In this document: positions 1 through 8,384 of the stretch, in pieces
Position numbering within the stretch: position 1 is the first letter of the stretch
Layout: each line of letters opens with the position of its first letter
Source: a virus
Virus record (IMG/VR): IMGVR_UViG_3300045421_000681
DNA: 10,997 bases
Strand: one strand, 5' to 3'
Program-made: the position numbers and the translations under genes
The notes under the pieces: generated by a model
Told to the model about the DNA's origin: nothing
The model's input: the letters and a program-made list of their open reading frames with translations, nothing else
Databases searched by the model: none

Positions 1-2
1 AC

Positions 3-1661
3 ATTCCTGTTGGTGATGCAATACGAACGACCAGCTCAAAGAATAACATCCAAACAACAGCTACAGACGCCATTGTGGGTCATTCGTATGCTTGGGATGC
101 CAAGACTGGTCTTCGTCACTCAGTATCCAATCAAGTATCTGCCCAAGGCAAAGGGCATACTGTTTATTTAACTCGTGCAGATACAAAAAGTGTCTATCCA
201 GATCTCAACGTTCCAGGAACTAAGTCCAGAGCCATCAAAGGTCAACAGGAAGTAATTGATAGCGTTTATGTTCCTGCCGGCATGTCCGAAGAAGAGGGCA
301 AAAAAATAGTATCAGAAATGACGGGTAAGCACGGGATCGTTCATGTTGATGATACGGAAGATGCGGTTAGTAGGGCACTTTTGATTGAAAAAGGTGACGA
401 AGCGCTTGCCAATTACAAAGAGGGCAATCTTATGACGAACGTAGGGGGCCATATCAATGCGATCGATCGAGAGTTAGCTTCAGGCAAAGGACTTTCGCCA
501 ATTTATGGTCCTAAGTCAATACTTCCGTATCTGCATACTTTTGCAAGAATATATCAGTCCGAAGGCAGAGAAGCCGCAATAGCTCATGCTCTAGAAAACT
601 CAGACAAATTTACGATCGAAACACATCAGAAACGCTACGATCTAGCCAAAACTGCAATTGAAGCTGCCAAAAGCGGTTCCCCAATTGTACATCCAAATGT
701 TATAAGATCTTCTGACGATTCCGATCAGTTGATGGCGGAGGATTTGGTCTTGAACGAACAAGAAACAGAAACACCCGATCCACCCCCTGCATCTTCATCC
801 GAACCACCCCCTGAATCTTCTGAATTCGTACCAACCCCAAACGTATCTGACCTAAGAGCTCAATTAGGAATTAAACCAGAAAAAGAATCAGAACCCGTTA
901 CTCTTACTCCGGATCAACAAAAATTTATTGACCAAATGAAACTAGAGGTAAGAGAAAATCAAAGATTAGCCGAGGAAGCTCTTCCGTCAGTCAAAGAAGC
1001 GGTACAAAAAGAAGGGTACCTATATCATTTCGCCTCCACCAAAAACAGGGAAAGCATTGCCGAAAAGGGATTGATGCCCGGTCAAGCGCAGGGACCTGGA
1101 AAAACTTTCTTTTACACCAAACCCGAAGGACATAACATAACACAATTCGTAAATCCAGACCCAATGGATATTTACAGAATAAAAGTTACCCCAGAAATTT
1201 TAGAAAATCTAAAAGTAGATCCCCTAATTAGACACAGTGCGGTATTTGTAAGCGGTGATCTAGCCAAACAAGGTATAAAAGCGGAAAGAATCGGAACAAA
1301 CACGAGGATAGCCGAAGATGGAACAATTACTTACGACAAAATACAAAAAGTCGCAGAAGACGTATCCAAAAATCTTCCAGTTGGAAACAAAACCAACATA
1401 GGAACTTCTGTTAACTCAGCCAAAGTATTCAACACTCCTCAAGCCGCAGCTCAAGCCGAAGCAGTGGTACAATACGCAACCAGCAGCGCCGCTTTGCAGG
1501 ATTCACCAAACGTCCCTAACATTTCCGCCAAATCAGCCAAAACAAAAAACATGATGAAAGCAGTAAAAAAAGCCTCTGCTGCAGTAGCAGGAGGATCAAA
1601 AAAATCCACGGCATTGAGAGTCGCAGGAGCTGCTGCCACAATATTCAGACGTAAAACTTGA
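3..1661 (+). CDS. Large phage protein, 5'-truncated by the window edge, with a C-terminal ART-like (RNA 2'-phosphotransferase/DarT-like fold) segment and a basic Ala-rich tail
   Basis: The frame is open from base 3 (IPVGDAIRTTSSKNNIQTTATDAI-VGHSYAWD...), so the listed GTG start at 75 is probably internal. The segment YLYHFASTKNRESIAEKGLMPGQAQGPGKTFFYT resembles the 'YHFTS...l.sI...GL.PG' start of ART-fold proteins. The C-terminus is MMKAVKKASAAVAGGSKKSTALRVAGAAATIFRRKT. Confidence 0.75.
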   Translation: MPVGDAIRTTSSKNNIQTTATDAIVGHSYAWDAKTGLRHSVSNQVSAQGKGHTVYLTRADTKSVYPDLNVPGTKSRAIKGQQEVIDSVYVPAGMSEEEGKKIVSEMTGKHGIVHVDDTEDAVSRALLIEKGDEALANYKEGNLMTNVGGHINAIDRELASGKGLSPIYGPKSILPYLHTFARIYQSEGREAAIAHALENSDKFTIETHQKRYDLAKTAIEAAKSGSPIVHPNVIRSSDDSDQLMAEDLVLNEQETETPDPPPASSSEPPPESSEFVPTPNVSDLRAQLGIKPEKESEPVTLTPDQQKFIDQMKLEVRENQRLAEEALPSVKEAVQKEGYLYHFASTKNRESIAEKGLMPGQAQGPGKTFFYTKPEGHNITQFVNPDPMDIYRIKVTPEILENLKVDPLIRHSAVFVSGDLAKQGIKAERIGTNTRIAEDGTITYDKIQKVAEDVSKNLPVGNKTNIGTSVNSAKVFNTPQAAAQAEAVVQYATSSAALQDSPNVPNISAKSAKTKNMMKAVKKASAAVAGGSKKSTALRVAGAAATIFRRKT

Positions 1662-1752
1662 AATTAAAAAACTTTTAAATTAAACGTTTATCAATTTTTA
1701 AATTTCAATATTCAGCCTTAGATTACGGCCTGCATTACTATTGTGGATACTT

Positions 1753-4613
1753 ATGAGCCAAAATCGTCCTATAATACCCGTTGGTGTTGGTCTAAAAAAA
1801 CCATCTATTCTTAGAGGGTGGTTTGGTGGAGTTTTGGAAAACCTTCTGCTTAAACCAACGGATAAAGAAGGTGACATAGAAGATTATCTCAGCCCTTGGC
1901 GCAACCTTCCGTATGATATAGCCAGCAATTTGACATTTGTTACAAACCTGCCCGGGGGACGTGCTGGAGGCGATCAAGTTACTGTAAAAGCAGATAGCTT
2001 AAACCCTGTGTACGCTGAAATATTCGGAATTCTAAGTCAACCTCGGCGGCGATCGAAGGATCCAAAGCTTAGGTCCCTCAGATTATGTAAAAAACAATTT
2101 ACTGTCAAAATATTACGAAATGGCGAAAAGAAGAAGCGCCATTCAATTAAGCCGTGGTCAAACCGATCAAATGACAGACGCTCTTTTTGCGAGCAAACTT
2201 TATGATCAGTTAGAAGGAATTGAATCTCACTTTGGAACAAAAGGTTCTTTGAGGCAGGGATTCCAGTTATTGAGCGGCGGCGATGGTATTAGCACGAATA
2301 TATCTCATTCTGAAGATAAGTTTCAGCCAGTAAATCTAATATTTAGTATTGGCAGACCCCTCGGTGGGCATAAAACTAAGCTGTTCTACGGCGGCGGAAG
2401 ATATTATGACAGAAGAGTAAAAGGAAATAAAGACCTCGCTTATATTTCGAGCCAGAACATGCCAGGTTTTGAAATGACTGACGGATCCATAATAGCTTTG
2501 CAGACTCCTTATAAGCACAACGAGATTCAGGATTACCTAACAATGCGACACGAAATGGGTCACCACATTCATGCAGAATTAAAACGATTCAATGACCTTA
2601 TCAATGAACCCGCCACAGGTCACATGGGAGCAATGCCGGATTATTACCACAGAGCAAAAAGTATATCAAGTAATCTTTCAATATACAACACCTATATGAG
2701 TGCTTTGCCTACTAATTTTGTTTCAGGACAACATCGACTGATCGCTGATAGATTGATGTATTCAAATATTAGAAAATCTTTAAACAGCAGTGTTCTTTCT
2801 TCTTCAGAAAGAAAAAGAGGAGAACTTTTTGCATCAATGCTAGAGCACGCCTCCCTTACGCATCAGCGTTACCCCAGCAGTTACGAAAAAGTTAGAATTT
2901 TGGGAGACAAATTGCGACCTGACATGTTTGGCGATGAATCCCTGTATACTCTTCACGGGCAACGCGGAATTATTGCCCCAGACGAAGATCTGGGAAGGTT
3001 TTTGGTAGGAACTTTTAGCCGGCACAAAAGCAATAGGCTTGGCGTCAGATCCCCAAGACATGATTAAATTGCTGTTAGGTGGTTCTTCAGATTCTTTTAA
3101 AACTATAACTCGCCAAGATGCGTTTGACATAAAGAAGCGTTTCTTTTACGATACTGCCACCCAGACTTTCTTTGGGGGCGACAATAATCGTGCGCATTCG
3201 CTTGCCAAAATTATCGATCTGATTCAAGGGGAAGTTGTTGCGGACAGCACCGCTGTGATAGGTGCCACTAGATTTGATAAAAAATTTACTACATCTCTGC
3301 TGTCACAAAGTAATTCCGAACTTCTTCAAGAAGTTGGCAGGATGCAGCAAATGCACATACGAGGTTTGGAATCTAGAACGGGCAAGAATGTTTTAGACTT
3401 ATTGCGACAACTTAGAAAAAATGATTATTTAACCGAACAAGAAGTTGTTGAGCTGACTGGTTTGTTGGGAACGAGGGACTATAAAAAAATAACAAGTTTG
3501 TCGCCAAACCGATATACCGTAAAAGCTGACTCGTTATTTTCAATGTCTGCTGAAAAATTTATAGAACACATAAAAACTAAACCGGGACTACGGAGGAAAC
3601 GACTACATATTGAACGCTGCCTTTAGGCAATCGGGGTTATTTGGGAGGGTCTTTGCGACCCAAGAAAACATAAATTTGAACGATATACTAGGCTTAACAG
3701 CTGAGCAGGCAGCAAAAGTATTTGGCAGTTACTCTGCAGCTAGCCATACCATAGTGGATGACAGCGCAAATCGGTAGAAAGTTTTTCATGACAGGAAATC
3801 CATTTGCAGAATATATTCAACACCACCTAAAAAATAAACCTCAAGGTCAAGATTTAATTGATGAGATCAACGTCGGCACTGCCGAAAAAAGATTATTCAG
3901 CGAAATATACATGGGGAGAAATCCTCTTGGCATAGTGTCGTTTTCTTCAAAGAGAACATACGAAAAAACCATACATCTTCCAGCTGTCAGAAGACTGCTG
4001 GAAGCTCAGGGATACGAAGCAGATGAAATAGGCTCAATGATAGATTATATGAAAAGATCTTTCGCCCACGATGCCAGCCCGGAATTGAAAGCTGTGTTCG
4101 ATGAAATGGATTCCATTTATGACAGGCTTGGAGGCTTGAGAAGAGAAGATCTTTTTTCTTTGTCTCAACGATTGGGCAAAGAAAGAATAAGAGTTCTTGC
4201 ACCAAATATAACACATGAAGCCATGCAAAATATCAACATAGATAACTATTTGAAGTCCTACCAATACAAATTTATATTTTCCGAAACGGAAATTGAAAGA
4301 AAACCTATTCAACGGAATGTTTGCAGACGTTCTTAGTCAAGATGTTCCACTAACCCTCTTACAAAAACCAACATATGAATTACAAATTGGAAAAACTATA
4401 AATCAGACAGCACAAATTTCATCCACTGCACAAAAAGTACAAAGCGCAGCCGGCAGCACATCAAGACAAGTAGCGAAAGCCACGATGGGACAAAAGGTAG
4501 GACAGTCGTCAGCAGGTAGACAGTTTATGTCTACGATGGTCTCATCGGCCAGCGGAAGAAAAGTCCTCGACTTGGCTAAATCCGCAAAAACTATAGTCAG
4601 CGCATTTAAATAA
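1753..4613 (+). CDS. Large protein (~950 aa if repaired), interrupted by five apparent +1 frameshifts; contains an HExxH zincin-like motif and a basic Ala/Ser-rich C-terminal tail; probable phage virion or accessory protein
   Basis: ORFs 1741..2205, 2120..3067, 3039..3626, an open segment ~3574..3777, 3758..4336 and 4293..4613 chain in the order frame 1>2>3>1>2>3. Each switch corresponds to one extra nt, and protein-like sequence is continuous across the joins (RFLVGT-LAGTKAIGLASDPQD; IKTKPG-DYGGNDYILNAAFRQSG; TEIER-NLFNGMFADVLSQD). Motif: YLTMRHEMGHHIHAELKRF ... RGELFASMLEHA. Confidence 0.6.
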
Positions 4614-4624
4614 ACTAAATATTT

Positions 4625-5014
4625 TTAATTTATATGATCCAAAAACTTTTGCTCAGTTGGATCTAACCATTTCATGTCAGAAACTTTGCCATCAAGAAAC
4701 GTGAGCTCATAAGCCACAAACAAATCTTTGTCCTCTATATTAACAATCGTATATATTTCCAAAGGACCATCAAAGTTAACTTTTTCTGCGTTTTTTAGAT
4801 CTACTTCTACATTTTTGAAAGGAAGAAAAGTTCTTTTTGAATCATACAATTGTCCATCGCTGAAAATAAAATAATGAGAAAGAACGTTATCAAAATCTTT
4901 TGTTTGAAAACCCGTCTCCTCAAAAGTTCTTTTAAATATATTTACGTATTTGTCTGTAATAAAATTTGGTATTGGAAGATCAACAAAAACTTCCACATCA
5001 TCAAACATACTCAT
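4625..5014 (-). CDS. Hypothetical protein, 129 aa
   Basis: Intact ORF with a strong Shine-Dalgarno (minus strand AAAGGAGATTTAG-ATG). It converges on the + strand gene ending at 4613. Confidence 0.75.
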   Translation of the reverse strand: MSMFDDVEVFVDLPIPNFITDKYVNIFKRTFEETGFQTKDFDNVLSHYFIFSDGQLYDSKRTFLPFKNVEVDLKNAEKVNFDGPLEIYTIVNIEDKDLFVAYELTFLDGKVSDMKWLDPTEQKFLDHIN

Positions 5015-5032
5015 CTAAATCTCCTTTGTTTG

Positions 5033-5103
<71 letters not shown>

Positions 5104-5219
5104 AACGTAATACTATAGACTATAACATGTTGATAAAACTAATATTAGCCCAACTTTTTTCAATACTAAAAAATTGGAGACAATATTACAGATTTTTTAA
5201 AGCGGAGTCAATAGAAGAT

Positions 5220-5429
5220 TTATAGATTATTTATATATTCTATTACCTTGGCTCTTGTGTTGACCAAATTTTTTTGCTCTGAATCAAAAACCAGTAAAAT
5301 ATCCCAGATACAATCAGTTATCTTCTTTGCGGCAGCGACCGAGAGAGATTCAGAAAATTTGTCTTTGGCCAAAGAAGACAATATGTTTTTATATAAATGC
5401 GTGTAATCTGTGGTTGTATTGAGTTTCAT
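5220..5429 (-). CDS. Hypothetical protein, 69 aa
   Basis: Intact short ORF immediately downstream of the - strand gene ending at 5443, in operon-like spacing. Confidence 0.5.
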   Translation of the reverse strand: MKLNTTTDYTHLYKNILSSLAKDKFSESLSVAAAKKITDCIWDILLVFDSEQKNLVNTRAKVIEYINNL

Positions 5430-5442
5430 GACCTGTATTATA

Positions 5443-7478
5443 TCACATTTGTTGCATTTCTTCTCTTTCTTTCCTTCTCATTTTACCTCTGGATACCGCA
5501 GAAGCGGTTGCCAATGCCACCGTTGCGCCTAATCCAACCCCAATTGTTTGCCCTAAACCAAATTTTGTAATTATTTTTGATGATTTAATTGCGCTTGCTA
5601 CTGCTTGTCTAATACCGACCGACTGCACAGTCGCCGACATGGTTGTCATACCCCCACCAACAGCAGGGGGGGGAGTGTCAAAAAATTTTGCTATTTTATT
5701 GTCACTATAAGAAGGAATTTTTCTCAACAGGTTTAAAGGTTTTCTTGGTCCGTGCAAGGGCGCTAAGGGAGCTTTTTTACCAACAGGTTTTATTTTTCCA
5801 ACAGGTTTTATTTTTGGAAGTGATAAGCTACCAGGTTTTATGCCTGGAACTTTAACATTATTCGGTTGAGGTACAGGAACAGGTGCAGGTGTAGGAACAG
5901 GTGCAGGTGTAGGAACAGGTGCAGGTGTAGGAACAGGTGCAGGTGTAGGAACAGGTGCAGGTGTAGGAACAGGTGCAGGTACAGGAACAGGTGCAGGTGT
6001 AGGAACAGGTGCAGGTGTAGGAACAGGTGCAGGTGTAGGAATAGATTGATTTCGATACTGTGGCAATTGTCCGATAGACTCCGACCCATATTATCAAAGA
6101 CCCCAAAATTATCGAAATCAATGTGAAGTTGTGGATACTCCATCAAATTGGCGAGTCTTTGACGATCATCAATACGGTCCATATTGAAGAGATTCGCAGC
6201 CTCAAGATCATCAGTGCTCGGTAATTCCGATAATCCAAGAGATCCAAAAGAAAATTCCGCAACATCGAAAAGGGCAGGTTGTCTTGGTTTAAAAGATAAT
6301 TTTTTAGAATTTGAATTTATAATTGAATTTATAGTTAAGTTTGGAAATATACTTTGTTCGACTTCTGCTATTTTCATTCTAATCATTCTTTGAATTTTTT
6401 CAGCCGAACCAGTTGTTGTTGGAGGTTTTGGTACCTCAAAATTCCTTGTATTGGCAAATCTTGCTATCCTATTCACTCTTTCGTTAACAATTTCGCCAGC
6501 ATCTATGGCCGGTTCGATTTGTTGTAACTCTAATGCTGTACGATGTTCGTCTATAAATCCGCGGGATTCGTCTTGCCCAACTCGGTGGAAGACCGGAAGC
6601 GTAGTTTTTTCTTAAGACCGTTGCCGCCGATTCAGTACCGCCGCCTGACTAAACTTTCGATTTGTTGCTGTTGCTCTGGAGTCATTACACCATGTCTAGA
6701 TGTAACTAAGAATTGATCTAGAGACATCGATATTTGCGAGCCGAAATCATCGCTATCAGGATTTCTTAATGATAACTTAATATTATCCAACACACCAGAC
6801 GAGCTTGGATTAACTCTGTCAACATTGAATCCGAACGATTCAAAAACATTTTTTACTGCATCAAAAGACGCATCAGTAATTGGCATAACAGAACCAGCAT
6901 GAGATATGCTCTCAGACGGCGAAATCTCTCCAAGGTATTCTATACCGAGATCCCTTGCCCCCAACCAATTTTTTTGGTATCACAAACGAAGTTGATCCGG
7001 GATGCTCTATTACATTAGTATATTTTATTACATGGTCTATGTCTCTATTATCATAGTCTTGAGCCCTTTTAAAAGTCTCGTTGCCGAAAAAATGGAGATT
7101 CTCCTGGAGCTGACATATCAATAGGCGGACGAGAAGTTACTGTAGCGTCATCTATGGCAGAACGTGGATGAATTAAACTTGTTGAAATTCTATAAGCGTG
7201 AATTTTTGGATTTTGATCGATGACAGGATCAAACGTGTTCGAGATCCTATCAAGCGACGAAAGAAGGGTTCCTGCGTGAAAGTTTGGAATCAGATCTCCG
7301 TCGTCCGCACCGAGCACGAACACCGCCAAGGACGTGTACGAAGATACTCATGCGGCGCAAGATCAGATGCCGTAGCGTGATAGACCACTACAAAACCTTC
7401 GGATCGACGATGCTCAGGGTTGATATTTTTAAATTGTACTGCCATAGTCCGTATAGTAACATTCATAAATTGCTTCAA
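5443..7478 (-). CDS. Large protein (~670 aa if repaired) with an N-terminal ART-like segment, a proline-rich hexapeptide spacer and a Gly/Ala-rich basic C-terminus; interrupted by about six single-nt frame disruptions
   Basis: Minus-strand ORFs 7290..7478, 7069..7329, 6912..7121, 6632..6964, an unlisted frame extending ORF 5838..6476 upstream to ~6613, and 5443..6066 chain with plausible joins (APGESPFF-GNETFKRAQDYD; IPKKLVG-ARDLGIEYLGEISPSE; FDNMG-SESIGQLPQYRNQSIPTPAPV). Confidence 0.6.
5871..6042 (-). repeat. Tandem 18-bp repeat (ggaacaggtgcaggtgta on +) encoding Pro-rich (PAPVPT)n
   Basis: Directly visible near-perfect 18-mers, with some gtacaggaaca variants. On the minus strand they read PTPAPVPTPAPVPTPAPVPVP... 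Confidence 0.95.
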
Positions 7479-7498
7479 TCAAATAAATATGCTACTAT
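7470..7498 (+). promoter_or_regulatory. Candidate sigma70-like promoter of the tmRNA
   Basis: TTGCTT (7470-7475), a 17-nt spacer, then TACTAT (7493-7498), ending 11 nt before the mature tmRNA 5' end at 7510. Confidence 0.45.
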
Positions 7499-7509
7499 AT
7501 ATACAACTA

Positions 7510-7874
7510 GGGGCTGAAAGGTTTCGACGTTAAGATTAAAAACATAAAGTGCAATTCAAGTTAGATGACAGACTTGCAAAACGGTTATCAAAAAATAAGC
7601 GCCAATACTATACAGTATTCGTGCGACTGGGATGCAGAGCTTGCTAAATTAAACCGTGAGGTTTGTTTAGTAGCCTAATTCCGGTTACTGGGGCCCGCTT
7701 AAGCCCTATTAAATAATTAAGTGGACGGCTAGGAAAGACAAGCTGACATCTGGAAAGACAGATGACCGATAAGGAAAGCCTTATCAAAAGTGGCCTAGCT
7801 ACTTTAACTTAGGAATAATTGTAACACGATATGTTTTTACTTATCGGACGCGGGTTCGATTCCCGCCAGCTCCA
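7510..7874 (+). ncRNA. ssrA: tmRNA (transfer-messenger RNA), single-piece, phage-borne; 3' CCA not encoded (genomic CGA follows the discriminator A)
   Basis: The 5' end GGGGCTG..GTTTCGACG pairs with the 3' CAGCTCC-A. T arm: CGGG-TTCGATT-CCCG. P2: 7531-7546 TAAGATTAAAAACATA pairs with 7830-7843 TATGTTTTTACTTA. PK1: CAAGT 7557-7561/ACTTG 7572-7576 and GATGAC 7564-7569/GTTATC 7584-7589. The spacer AAAAAATAAGC precedes GCC and parallels E. coli AAAAAAUAGUC-GCA. PK2: GGGC/GCCC and CTTAA/TTAAG at 7691-7721. Confidence 0.96.
7601..7678 (+). other. tmRNA proteolysis-tag reading frame, ANTIQYSCDWDAELAKLNREVCLVA* (25 aa)
   Basis: GCC resume codon 11 nt after the last paired base of PK1, the same spacing as E. 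coli tmRNA. The frame closes at TAA 7676-7678, and the tag ends in the hydrophobic LVA. Confidence 0.8.
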
Positions 7875-7913
7875 CGATTACTATCTATAATATCGAAAAC
7901 AGGAGAAACACAC

Positions 7914-8339
7914 ATGCCCAACCACTGGTTGTCGGATTTGAATTATCAAAAAAGTTTAGCCAAAAATATTAGCGAGGCCGCCAAAAATCCCAGAAAGAAT
8001 GGCTCTCATATGGACATGACAAAAGTAAAAATGTCCGCCGCAGAAAGAGAATTTGCAAACGCACTGCTTTCCATCGCCCAAAAATACGGAAAGCTTTCAA
8101 ACAATGACGGCAACGGCATTTGGGTCGGGTATGTTTCCAGAGAAGATAATGACAATTACGATATAGGTGTACGTTGCGAGAACTGCGTTCTTCACGAATC
8201 CGAGTATGTGTGTAAGGTTGTAAAAAACAGAATTGAACCAGGCGGTTACTGCAGATTAGCCGCTATACCAGATGGTCTTGTTAGTAGTCCGGGAAAATCC
8301 GACGATGACGAAAAAGAAGACACGGGTGAAGAAGATTGA
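7914..8339 (+). CDS. Conserved-looking small protein (141 aa) with four Cys, possible Fe-S or Zn site
   Basis: AACAGGAGAAACACAC-ATG ribosome-binding site. Motif: VRCENCVLHESEYVCKVVKNRIEPGGYCRL. Confidence 0.85.
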   Translation: MPNHWLSDLNYQKSLAKNISEAAKNPRKNGSHMDMTKVKMSAAEREFANALLSIAQKYGKLSNNDGNGIWVGYVSREDNDNYDIGVRCENCVLHESEYVCKVVKNRIEPGGYCRLAAIPDGLVSSPGKSDDDEKEDTGEED

Positions 8340-8384
8340 TCTTGACAATTCTCACAACGAGAACGGATTCATGGAAGAGTAGTC

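Noticed and set aside
2030-4330. Multiple programmed +1 frameshifts as a novel recoding system
   Set aside because: The direction is uniform, but the sites are mostly homopolymers with no shared slippery motif, stop-codon context or consistent downstream structure, and - strand genes show the same pattern plus two opposite-sense events. Consensus error or decay is more economical unless reads prove otherwise.
5838-6476. Minus-strand 'LHLHLFLHLHLFLH' C-terminus and the other repeat-derived ORFs (5858..6121, 5866..6126 'YTCTCSYTCTCS', 'RCRNRCRCRNR')
   Set aside because: These are alternate-frame translations of the same 18-bp repeat. The (PAPVPT)n frame continues into a plausible downstream protein, so the others are artefacts.
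7198-7517. Plus-strand ORFs 7198..7380 and 7284..7517
   Set aside because: They are antisense to the reconstructed ART-like gene, and the second runs into the tmRNA 5' end. There is no supporting protein-like signature.
7599-7678. Alternative tmRNA tag frames (GCG.. APILYSIRATGMQSLLN*; CGC.. RQYYTVFVRLGCRAC*)
   Set aside because: The spacer from PK1 to GCC is identical in length to E. coli and the GCC frame ends in a degron-like LVA. The alternatives end in residues atypical for tags.
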